This document shows positions 45,601-62,108 of a stretch of 64,000 nt of DNA, piece by piece (the first letter of the stretch is position 1; the number at the start of each line of letters is the position of its first letter). Made by a program: the position numbers and the translations under genes. Below the pieces are notes generated by a model, which worked only from the letters and a program-made list of their open reading frames with translations, did no database searches and was not told the origin of the DNA. The DNA comes from Hyphomicrobiales bacterium. GTDB lineage: Bacteria; Pseudomonadota; Alphaproteobacteria; Rhizobiales; JAJFHC01. Location of the stretch: assembly GCA_965227875.1 (NCBI GenBank), contig OZ245783.1, positions 4,897,929-4,961,928 of the forward strand. The letters run 5' to 3'.

Positions 45601-45635
45601 CAACAAAAAAGCCCCGCAGCGGCAAGCTGCGGGGC
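45601..45635 (-). terminator. Rho-independent terminator after rpoC
   Basis: The minus strand reads GCCCCGCAGC-TTGCC-GCTGCGGGGC followed by TTTTTTGTTG. Confidence 0.85.
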
Positions 45636-45665
45636 CTTGTCCTTGTACCGAAGCCGACGACGCGA

Positions 45666-49874
<4,209 letters not shown>

Positions 49875-49945
49875 GAGCAGCTCCTTTTCGGACGGCTTGC
49901 GCCGTCGGGTTTGGGGCATTCAGGCGCCCCGGTATCCTTTTGACC

Positions 49946-49970
49946 GGCCGGGCTGTCCGGCAGCCCGGCC
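49946..49970 (-). other. Strong GC hairpin in the rpoB-rpoC intercistronic spacer
   Basis: GGCCGGGCTG-5 nt-CAGCCCGGCC, a 10-bp perfect stem with no U-tract on the minus-strand transcript. Confidence 0.4.
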
Positions 49971-49986
49971 GCAAGCGACGCCTTGA

Positions 49987-54075
<4,089 letters not shown>

Positions 54076-54195
54076 GTTCGCTCCTCGTAGGCTCGACGAC
54101 GGCTTGCTTCAGGCTCCGCGAAGCCGGATACTCAAGAAAACCGTTGTACTTGCACTGGTTACACGATCCCGCGCCACTCACCGGGCGCGGAGGTC

Positions 54196-54221
54196 GGGGA
54201 AAGCGCAACAGCGCTTTCCCC
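54196..54221 (-). terminator. rplL-rpoB intergenic hairpin (attenuator-like)
   Basis: GGGGAAAGCGC-4 nt-GCGCTTTCCCC, an 11-bp stem with no U-tract. A partial terminator at this position is known in E. coli. Confidence 0.5.
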
Positions 54222-54240
54222 GCAAGAGACCCTGAGGTCC

Positions 54241-54618
54241 TTATTTCAGCTCGACAGTGGCACCGGCCGCTTCGAGCTTTTCCTTCATTTCGTTGGCTTC
54301 GTCCTTGGAGACGTCCGCCTTGACTTCGGAAGGTGCGCCTTCCACCAGGTCCTTGGCTTCCTTCAGGCCAAGACCGGTGATCGCGCGGACTTCCTTGATC
54401 ACGTTGATCTTCTTGTCGCCGACGGAGGCCAGGACGACCGAGAAGGAGTCCTTTTCCTCTTCGGCGGCAGCGTCGCCGCCTGCTGCGGCCACACCGGCAA
54501 CAGCAACCGGAGCGGCTGCGGAGACGCCCCATTTTTCTTCCAGCATCTTGGAAAGCTCGGCGGCTTCCAGGACCGTCAGGCCGGAAAGGTCTTCAGCAAT
54601 TTTTTCAAGATCAGCCAT
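54241..54618 (-). CDS. rplL: 50S ribosomal protein L7/L12
   Basis: 125 aa, [32 protein letters not shown]... Confidence 0.97.
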   Translation of the reverse strand: MADLEKIAEDLSGLTVLEAAELSKMLEEKWGVSAAAPVAVAGVAAAGGDAAAEEEKDSFSVVLASVGDKKINVIKEVRAITGLGLKEAKDLVEGAPSEVKADVSKDEANEMKEKLEAAGATVELK

Positions 54619-54669
54619 TTGATTTCTCGTCTTTCAATCGGTTTGAACCAGTTTCACTCAATGCGGTCG

Positions 54670-55188
54670 TCAGGCCGCTTCGTCCTTGGAGGCGTAGGCG
54701 TTCATGACACGTGCCAGTTGGCCGGCCGGCGCCTGAAGCACGCCTGCGATGCGGGTGGCCGGCGTATTGATCATGCCGACAAGTTTCGCACGCAGTTCGT
54801 CAAGCGACGGCAGGTCGGACAGTGCCTTCACACCTGCCGGGTCGAGAATGGTCGTGCCCATGACGCCGCCGAGAACCACGAGTTTCTCGTTCGACTTGGC
54901 AAAATCCATCACGACCTTGGGAGCGGCGACCGGATCGTCCGAGTAGGCGATGGCCGTCGGTCCCGTAAACAGCTCGGAAATTCCGGCTGCATCGGTACCT
55001 TCAAGAGCGAGTTTGACCAGACGGTTCTTCGCAACCTTCATGGCTGCGCCCGCCTCGGCCATACGGACCCGGAGATCTGTCATCTCCGCGACCGAAAGGC
55101 CGCTATAGTGGGTCACCACGATGACACCGGTGTTCGAGAACACCTGGTTCAGCGTCGTGACGAGCTCTGATTTCTGGGCTCTATCCAC
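54670..55188 (-). CDS. rplJ: 50S ribosomal protein L10
   Basis: 172 aa from (V)[16 protein letters not shown], using GTG at 55186-55188. The track ORF is over-extended by 48 codons. Confidence 0.9.
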   Translation of the reverse strand: MDRAQKSELVTTLNQVFSNTGVIVVTHYSGLSVAEMTDLRVRMAEAGAAMKVAKNRLVKLALEGTDAAGISELFTGPTAIAYSDDPVAAPKVVMDFAKSNEKLVVLGGVMGTTILDPAGVKALSDLPSLDELRAKLVGMINTPATRIAGVLQAPAGQLARVMNAYASKDEAA

Positions 55189-55526
55189 TTGCTCTCTCCG
55201 TTTGGGCGGCACTCGCGAAAGCACCGCCGTTGGCATCTGCCGGTCGAGCGACCACCTGTCTGGACAGGCCGCACGCGCAACCGGCGCTCGAATGCCTGTC
55301 CTGCCGGCCGGAAAGAACGCCCCGGGCGGCAATTACGAGGTTCAAACCGAATTGAGCCCCCCGGTATCCGGGGTTCTTCGTTCGATCTGTCTCCCGTCTG
55401 TGCAGGCTTTGCGGATTAAGCCGCCTGGGCGGCGCCTGCAGTCTCGGACAGGTCGGAACCTGTCGGCACGGCCGGCAGGTCCCTGATCCGGAACGGCGCG
55501 GACGCCGCCCCGGAAACTGTGTGAAA
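55189..55526 (-). promoter_or_regulatory. rplA-rplJ spacer (338 nt): presumed rplJL promoter and L10 autoregulatory leader
   Basis: This is an unusually long non-coding gap for this cluster. L10(L12)4 binding to the rplJ leader is established in other bacteria. I have not derived a fold for it here. Confidence 0.35.
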
Positions 55527-56228
55527 TCAGGCCTCGCTGTGGAGCGAAGACGGCTCGACCCGGACCCCGGGGCCCATCGTCGAACTCAGTGCGACCTTTT
55601 TCACGAACGTTCCCTTCGCACCCGAAGGTTTCGCCTTCTGGACAGCGTCCGCGAAAGCGCGGATGTTGCCTGCAAGCTGCTCCTCGGTGAAGCTCGCCTT
55701 GCCGACACCGGCATGGACGATCCCCGCCTTCTCGACACGGAACTCGACCGCGCCGCCCTTGGCGGCCTCGACGGCCGCCTTGACGTCCGGCGTAACGGTT
55801 CCGACACGCGGGTTCGGCATCAGGCCGCGCGGCCCGAGAACCTTGCCCAGCCGGCCGACGAGCGGCATCATGTCCGGCGTCGCGATGCAGCGGTCGAAAT
55901 CGATCGTCCCGCCCTGCACGGTTTCCACCAGTTCCTCGGCCCCGACGACGTCGGCACCGGCGGCTTTTGCCTCGTCCGCCTTGTCGCCGCGCGCGAACAC
56001 CGCAACCCGGACGGAACGGCCGGAGCCGTTCGGCAGGTTGCACACGCCACGCACCATCTGGTCCGCATGCCTCGGGTCAACACCGAGGTTCATGGCGATC
56101 TCGATGGTCTCGTCGAACTTGGCGGACGCATTGGCCTTGATCGACTTGATGGCATCATCAAGCGAATAAAGCTCTTTGCGGTCAATGCTTTCACGAGCGT
56201 TCTTCAAACGTTTTCCAAGCTTCGCCAT
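55527..56228 (-). CDS. rplA: 50S ribosomal protein L1
   Basis: 233 aa, [17 protein letters not shown]... Confidence 0.95.
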   Translation of the reverse strand: MAKLGKRLKNARESIDRKELYSLDDAIKSIKANASAKFDETIEIAMNLGVDPRHADQMVRGVCNLPNGSGRSVRVAVFARGDKADEAKAAGADVVGAEELVETVQGGTIDFDRCIATPDMMPLVGRLGKVLGPRGLMPNPRVGTVTPDVKAAVEAAKGGAVEFRVEKAGIVHAGVGKASFTEEQLAGNIRAFADAVQKAKPSGAKGTFVKKVALSSTMGPGVRVEPSSLHSEA

Positions 56229-56232
56229 GATC

Positions 56233-56661
56233 TTACTCCGTCACCTCGAGGCCCATGGACCGTGCCGAACCGGCAATGATCTTGGCCGCGGCGTCGATAT
56301 CGTTGGCGTTCAGGTCCTTCATCTTCGCGTCCGCGATTTCACGAACCTGCGCCATGGTCACCTTCCCGGCCACGCTGCGGCCCGGCTCGCTTCCGCCCTT
56401 GTTCAGCTTCGCGGCCTTCTTCAGGTAGTAGGAAGCCGGCGGCGTCTTCGTGGCGAACGTGAACGACTTGTCCTGATAGATCGTGATGACCGTCGGGATC
56501 GGAGCGCCGTTGTCGAGTTCCTGCGTGGCGGCATTGAACGCCTTGCAGAATTCCATGATGTTGAGACCGCGCTGACCGAGCGCCGGCCCGATCGGCGGCG
56601 ACGGAGATGCGGAACCTGCGGGCACCTGCAGTTTGAGATAGCCCTGGATTTTCTTAGCCAT
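56233..56661 (-). CDS. rplK: 50S ribosomal protein L11
   Basis: [32 protein letters not shown]... Confidence 0.95.
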   Translation of the reverse strand: MAKKIQGYLKLQVPAGSASPSPPIGPALGQRGLNIMEFCKAFNAATQELDNGAPIPTVITIYQDKSFTFATKTPPASYYLKKAAKLNKGGSEPGRSVAGKVTMAQVREIADAKMKDLNANDIDAAAKIIAGSARSMGLEVTE

Positions 56662-56757
56662 TTCTTTCCCCTGGTCCGAACGCGAACGCGATACGGAGCG
56701 AATTAGGGTTAGTGGTCCGGCGCAATGCCTCCCACCGACACGGACGGGACGTAAAGC

Positions 56758-57288
56758 CTAGAGCTTTTCGACCTGCCCATACTCGAGCTCGACCGGGGTC
56801 GCCCGGCCGAAAATCGACACGGCCACCTTGAGCCGCGCCTTTTCTTCGTCGACTTCCTCGACGAAACCGTTGAACGAGGCGAAAGGACCGTCGGAAACGC
56901 GGACCTGCTCGCCGACGTCGAAAGTGATCGAGGGTTTTGGCCGCTCGATGCCTTCCTGCACCTGGTGCAGGATCCGGTTGGCTTCCGCCTCCGAGATCGG
57001 AACGGGTTTGGCCTCGGTTCCGAGGAACCCGGTCACTTTCGGCGTGTTCTTGATCAGGTGATAGGCCTGATCCGTCATTTCCATCTTCACCAGCACGTAG
57101 CCGGGGAAGAACTTGCGTTCCGACTTGATCTTCCGGCCCCTGCGGACCTCGACGACCTCTTCCATCGGAACGAGGATTTCCTCGAACAGGTCTTCCAGAC
57201 CCTTGGTCTCAGCCTGTTCCCTGATGGCTTCCGCCACCTTCTTCTCGAAGTTGGAATAGGCGTGAACGATATACCACCGCTTGCTCAT
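56758..57288 (-). CDS. nusG: Transcription termination/antitermination factor NusG
   Basis: 176 aa, [18 protein letters not shown]..., with a C-terminal KOW domain. Confidence 0.95.
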   Translation of the reverse strand: MSKRWYIVHAYSNFEKKVAEAIREQAETKGLEDLFEEILVPMEEVVEVRRGRKIKSERKFFPGYVLVKMEMTDQAYHLIKNTPKVTGFLGTEAKPVPISEAEANRILHQVQEGIERPKPSITFDVGEQVRVSDGPFASFNGFVEEVDEEKARLKVAVSIFGRATPVELEYGQVEKL

Positions 57289-57300
57289 ATCAGTTCGCCT

Positions 57301-57498
57301 CTAACTTCCGATACCCAGCGCCAGCCCGACGATCCAGCCGAGAATCTGGTCGGCGATCAGGAAAAAGACCGACGCGAAAGCCACCATGATCAGGACCATG
57401 ATCGTGGTCACGACCGTTTCCTTCCGGGTGGGCCAGGTGACCTTGCTGGTCTCTGCGCGCACCTGCTGGATGAATTCGAAGGGGTTGGTCTTTGCCAT
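57301..57498 (-). CDS. secE: Preprotein translocase subunit SecE
   Basis: 65 aa, ...FIQQVRAETSKVTWPTRKET..., with a single TM segment. Confidence 0.9.
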   Translation of the reverse strand: MAKTNPFEFIQQVRAETSKVTWPTRKETVVTTIMVLIMVAFASVFFLIADQILGWIVGLALGIGS

Positions 57499-57611
57499 GT
57501 CCTGTTGACCCTGTCCTGCGCGTTGCCGCGCACATTACTTTTGCTGTCCGGGCTGCGCCGCCGGCGTCGTTTCGCCGGCAACCCGCCCTGCCGAACATCG
57601 TCCGGAGACGA

Positions 57612-57687
57612 TGGCAGGAGTGGAGGGACTCGAACCCCCAACCCCCGGTTTTGGAGACCGGTGCTCTGCCAGTTGAGCTACACTCCT
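57612..57687 (-). tRNA. tRNA-Trp (anticodon CCA)
   Basis: The reverse complement reads AGGAGTGTAGCTCAACTGGCAGAGCACCGGTCTCCAAAACCGG...GGTTCGAGTCCCTCCACTCCTGCCA, 76 nt. Confidence 0.92.
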
Positions 57688-57731
57688 GCAGTCTGCAAGA
57701 CGCGACTTTCGGCCTTTCGCGCCTTACACCA

Positions 57732-57764
57732 AAGGGTGCCCCGGCAAAATCGCCCGGCACCCTT
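57732..57764 (-). terminator. Hairpin after tuf copy 2
   Basis: Minus strand AAGGGTGCC...GGCACCCTT (9-bp stem, 15-nt loop) followed by TGGTG. The U-tract is weak. Confidence 0.35.
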
Positions 57765-57792
57765 CGGTTTCTTCGATCCGGCTGGTGCCGGA

Positions 57793-58983
<1,191 letters not shown>

Positions 58984-59130
58984 AGCCGTCGTCTTCCTTT
59001 AGGTTTTCTGCCGCCCTGAGCGGTCCCTGATCGTCCTGCCTGACCTGTCTCAGGCGTGTTGGGCAAAGCCCGGTTTCACTTTCTTCAACTTCCGGCCCGC
59101 GGCCGGTTCGTCCGGCCATCCGGCGTTCGC

Positions 59131-59204
59131 TGGAGCGGGTGAAGGGAATCGAACCCTCGTCGTCAGCTTGGAAGGCTGCTGCTCTACCATTGAGCTACAC
59201 CCGC
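59131..59204 (-). tRNA. tRNA-Gly (anticodon TCC)
   Basis: The reverse complement reads GCGGGTGTAGCTCAATGGTAGAGCAGCAGCCTTCCAAGCTG...GGTTCGATTCCCTTCACCCGCTCCA, 74 nt. Confidence 0.92.
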
Positions 59205-59230
59205 TGAACTCCGCGCCGCCTTACGGAAAA

Positions 59231-59315
59231 TGGTGGAGGAGGTTGGATTCGAACCAACGTAGGCAAAGCCAACGGGTTTACAGCCCGTCCCCTTTAACCA
59301 CTCGGGCACTCCTCC
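59231..59315 (-). tRNA. tRNA-Tyr (anticodon GTA)
   Basis: The reverse complement reads GGAGGAGTGCCCGAGTGGTTAAAGGGGACGGGCTGTAAACCCGT...GGTTCGAATCCAACCTCCTCCACCA. It has a long variable arm, 85 nt. Confidence 0.92.
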
Positions 59316-59386
59316 ATTTTCCGATTTCGGCCGAAATTTCACGCACGACTCGTCCCACGACCACCGGAGGTGACTCGTGCGGGTGC

Positions 59387-59415
59387 TTTATGTGAAGGCA
59401 GCGTCGTCCTGTCAA
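59387..59415 (-). promoter_or_regulatory. Candidate promoter of the tRNA-Tyr/tRNA-Gly/tuf transcription unit
   Basis: The minus strand reads TTGACA (59410-59415), 17 nt, then CATAAA (59387-59392), about 70 nt upstream of the tRNA-Tyr 5' end. Confidence 0.45.
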
Positions 59416-59532
59416 CCCGAAATAGCCATCGCAACGACATTTTATGTCCAACCGCAGAGTCTTAAGGCTGCAAACGGGAGCCACCGAAACCCGCGATTGA
59501 TGCCGTGTGAGGTCGAGAATATAAGTCCTGTC

Positions 59533-60309
59533 ATGAAAACGAACAAGCCCGCCCGCAAAACCGCCAACAAGCACCGCCCGCGCAACGAGGACCTGATCTA
59601 CGGCGTCCACGCGGTCGAGGCGGCACTCGCCAATCCCCGCCGACGCCTTATCGAACTCCTGCACACCGACAACGCGGCCCGTCATCCTTTCGTCGAGTCG
59701 CCGTCGCGTGACGTGAAGACCCGGCAGGTGTCGAGTGCCGAACTCTCGCGGCTCCTGCCCGCAGACGCCGTGCACCAGGGCCTCCTGCTGCGTGCCCACC
59801 ACCTCGATGAACCAAGCCTGTCGGAGATTGCCGACGACGGAATCGTCGTGGTGCTCGACCAGATCACGGACCCGCACAACGTGGGTGCCATCCTGAGATC
59901 CTGTGCGGCCTACAACGTCGTCGCCGTCGTGACGACGGAACGCAACAGTCCGCCCCCGACCGGGGTGCTCGCCAAGGCGGCCTCGGGAGCGCTCGAATTC
60001 GTGCCCTATATTCGCACCGGGAACCTCGCGCGCGCCATGACCGAACTGGCAAAACGCGGCCGCTTCCTGGTCGGCCTCGACAGCGACGCGCCTGACCTCA
60101 TCGGCCAGGGTCACCTCGACGGCAACGTCGCACTTGTGTTTGGCGCCGAGGGCCGCGGCCTGCGCAGGCTGACGCGGGAAACCTGCGATGCATTCGTGCG
60201 GCTCGACGTCCCCGGTCCCATCAGGAGCCTCAACGTGTCCAACGCGGTGGCGATCTGCCTCGCCACGCTCCACCACGCACGCTCTGCCACGTCACCGCAG
60301 GCGAAGTGA
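59533..60309 (+). CDS. rlmB: 23S rRNA (guanosine-2'-O-)-methyltransferase RlmB (SpoU/TrmH family)
   Basis: 258 aa from MKTNKPARK (ATG 59533). It has the pattern ...LIYGVHAVEAAL...VLDQITDPHNVGAILRSCAAY...ALVFGAEGRGLRRLT...IRSLNVSNAVAI... Confidence 0.85.
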   Translation: MKTNKPARKTANKHRPRNEDLIYGVHAVEAALANPRRRLIELLHTDNAARHPFVESPSRDVKTRQVSSAELSRLLPADAVHQGLLLRAHHLDEPSLSEIADDGIVVVLDQITDPHNVGAILRSCAAYNVVAVVTTERNSPPPTGVLAKAASGALEFVPYIRTGNLARAMTELAKRGRFLVGLDSDAPDLIGQGHLDGNVALVFGAEGRGLRRLTRETCDAFVRLDVPGPIRSLNVSNAVAICLATLHHARSATSPQAK

Positions 60310-60328
60310 CGCCACTACCCTGCGACGC

Positions 60329-60361
60329 AAAACGGGCCGCCCCTTGAGGCGGCCCGGTTTC
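60329..60361. terminator. Bidirectional terminator hairpin between rlmB and the small basic protein gene
   Basis: AAAA-CGGGCCGCC-CCTTGA-GGCGGCCCG-GTTT, a 9-bp GC stem flanked by an A-run and a T-run. Confidence 0.55.
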
Positions 60362-60390
60362 GGCTTCGGTTCTTGGCGGGTCAGCCCGGA

Positions 60391-60759
60391 TTAACGGCCG
60401 CTTCCGCGCAGGCCATAACCGGGACGACCCCAGTAGTGGCCGTTGAACTGCCAGTTGTCACGGTTGCGATGGCGATAGTGACGGTTGCGCCTGTGCTTGC
60501 GCTTGTAACGGTAAGGCCGGTGATCGTAGTAGTGCGGGCGGCTGTAGCCGTAACCCAGACCAATGAACGGCAGAGACAGGTACACCCCTCCACCGCGGCG
60601 CCGGCGATGCCGGATTTCCTTGGTCAGTCCTTCGATCTCACCGCTGAACGCGAGGTTCTGTGCTGCGAGGCGGGGCGACGCTTCTGCCGAACCGGACGCC
60701 AGGCCCGTAACCGTGAAGGCCATGGCCAAGGCCGCGGCCGTTATGGCGAACTTCCTCAT
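60391..60759 (-). CDS. Secreted Arg/His/Tyr-rich small protein (hypothetical)
   Basis: 122 aa. The ATG is preceded by AAAGGA. The signal peptide is MRKFAITAAALAMAFTVTGLASGSAEA. The mature C-terminal half is ...RHRRRRGGG...YGYSRPHYYDHRPYRYKRKHRRNRHYRHRNRDNWQFNGHYWGRPGYG.... Confidence 0.6.
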   Translation of the reverse strand: MRKFAITAAALAMAFTVTGLASGSAEASPRLAAQNLAFSGEIEGLTKEIRHRRRRGGGVYLSLPFIGLGYGYSRPHYYDHRPYRYKRKHRRNRHYRHRNRDNWQFNGHYWGRPGYGLRGSGR

Positions 60760-60995
60760 TAGAGTATCCTTTCAACTTTCAGCCCCGACATTGCGCATCA
60801 TATTGCGCAGACCGGCTGAACCGGACATGAACGAAACGCATCGCCGCCCGAAAAGATGCATTCCCGCGCGATGCAAATCGGCAACACCTTCGAATTTGTT
60901 GGACACGATCACGCTTCTGTGATTGAGCGCAGCGATTCGCGCGGGCTAAGGTCGAATTGAGGCCACGATTTCAATGTATTGGCTGGGAGTTTGTC

Positions 60996-61421
60996 ATGAA
61001 GTTTCTGTTGGCGTTGTGTGTCGCACTGGCGTTCTTTGCGGCACAGCCCGCGAAAGCGGGGGCACGGGTGGTCGCGAAAATCGACCTGAGCGACCAGAGA
61101 ATGCATGTGTACGTAAACGGCGTCCGCAGACATACATGGAAGGTTTCGACCGCACGACGCGGTTACCGTACGCCGATTGGCACTTTCCGTCCCAAGTGGC
61201 TGGCAAAAATGCATTATTCCAGCAAGTACAACAATTCCCCCATGCCGCATTCGATCTTCTTTCTCGGGGGATATGCGATCCACGGGACGAACTACATCAA
61301 GCGCCTGGGCCGGCCCGCTTCCCACGGCTGCGTGAGGCTTCATCCGTCAAACGCGCGGCGTCTCTTCTCGCTGGTGCGCAATCACGGCATGAAGAACTCG
61401 CGGATCGTCGTCACGCGTTGA
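60996..61421 (+). CDS. L,D-transpeptidase (YkuD domain), exported
   Basis: 141 aa from MKFLLALCVALAFFAAQPAKA (ATG 60996). The catalytic motif is HGT...GRPASHGCVRL. Confidence 0.85.
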   Translation: MKFLLALCVALAFFAAQPAKAGARVVAKIDLSDQRMHVYVNGVRRHTWKVSTARRGYRTPIGTFRPKWLAKMHYSSKYNNSPMPHSIFFLGGYAIHGTNYIKRLGRPASHGCVRLHPSNARRLFSLVRNHGMKNSRIVVTR

Positions 61422-61450
61422 TGCCGACCGAGGGTTGGGAGAAGACGACC

Positions 61451-61470
61451 GGCGGCGCTTGGGCGCCGCC
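61451..61470. terminator. Hairpin between the convergent L,D-transpeptidase and DUF992 genes
   Basis: GGCGGCGC-TTGG-GCGCCGCC, an 8-bp stem. The flanks are only weakly T-rich. Confidence 0.4.
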
Positions 61471-61490
61471 CCTTTCCCAGTTCCGCGAAA

Positions 61491-61979
61491 CTACCGCGCT
61501 CTCAACTCGAGCGAAGCGATCCCCGCCGCGATGTTGAGGCCCGACTGCGCCTGAACACTGAAAGGCTGCAGGGCTATGGACTTGCGCGACCCGCCGATCA
61601 GGGCATTGGCGCCGATGCCGGCCCCGACGGTCGCCTCGGCGGAAAGCCCGCCATAGGAGCCCGCCAGCGCCCCGTAGGCGATCTTTTTGGACGGTGCGAA
61701 CACCGCCCATGCGATGTGCGAGACTTTCGTCGACCCGATGTCGATGCCGTACTTGTTGATCCGGCCGGTATAGCGCTCCCGCCCGCCGCCCGCCTTCTTG
61801 AAGGTACAGGTCAGGCTCTTCGTGGACCCGATGATGAAACCCGTTCCGCCGGACACGGTACAGTCGAGCACGCCCACCTGGACGCGGGAACCGGAGGCCT
61901 GGGCATGCGTACCGGACGCAAGCCCCACTCCTGCCGCAAGGGCGACCGCACACAGAACCGACTTGTAACCTGTTGTCAT
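61491..61979 (-). CDS. DUF992-family exported protein
   Basis: 162 aa from MTTGYKSVLCAVALAAGVGLASGTHA (ATG 61977-61979). It has the Gly-rich beta-like pattern ...GVLDCTVSGGTGFIIGSTKSLTCTF...GAGIGANALIGGS.... The family name is from memory. Confidence 0.6.
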   Translation of the reverse strand: MTTGYKSVLCAVALAAGVGLASGTHAQASGSRVQVGVLDCTVSGGTGFIIGSTKSLTCTFKKAGGGRERYTGRINKYGIDIGSTKVSHIAWAVFAPSKKIAYGALAGSYGGLSAEATVGAGIGANALIGGSRKSIALQPFSVQAQSGLNIAAGIASLELRAR

Positions 61980-62108
61980 ATCGACTGAATCCTCTGTTGG
62001 CACCCTCACCTCGCGTCACCGTGGTCCGGTCGCGAGTCTACCATAGATAGGAAGGCGATCCCGAATTGCGAGTGTCGGAACGGGAAAACGCGCGACGCCG
62101 CCGGTGTC

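Noticed and set aside
59278-60276. 332-aa minus-strand ORF opposite rlmB
   Set aside because: The plus strand encodes a clear SpoU/TrmH methyltransferase. The antisense translation has no recognisable features.
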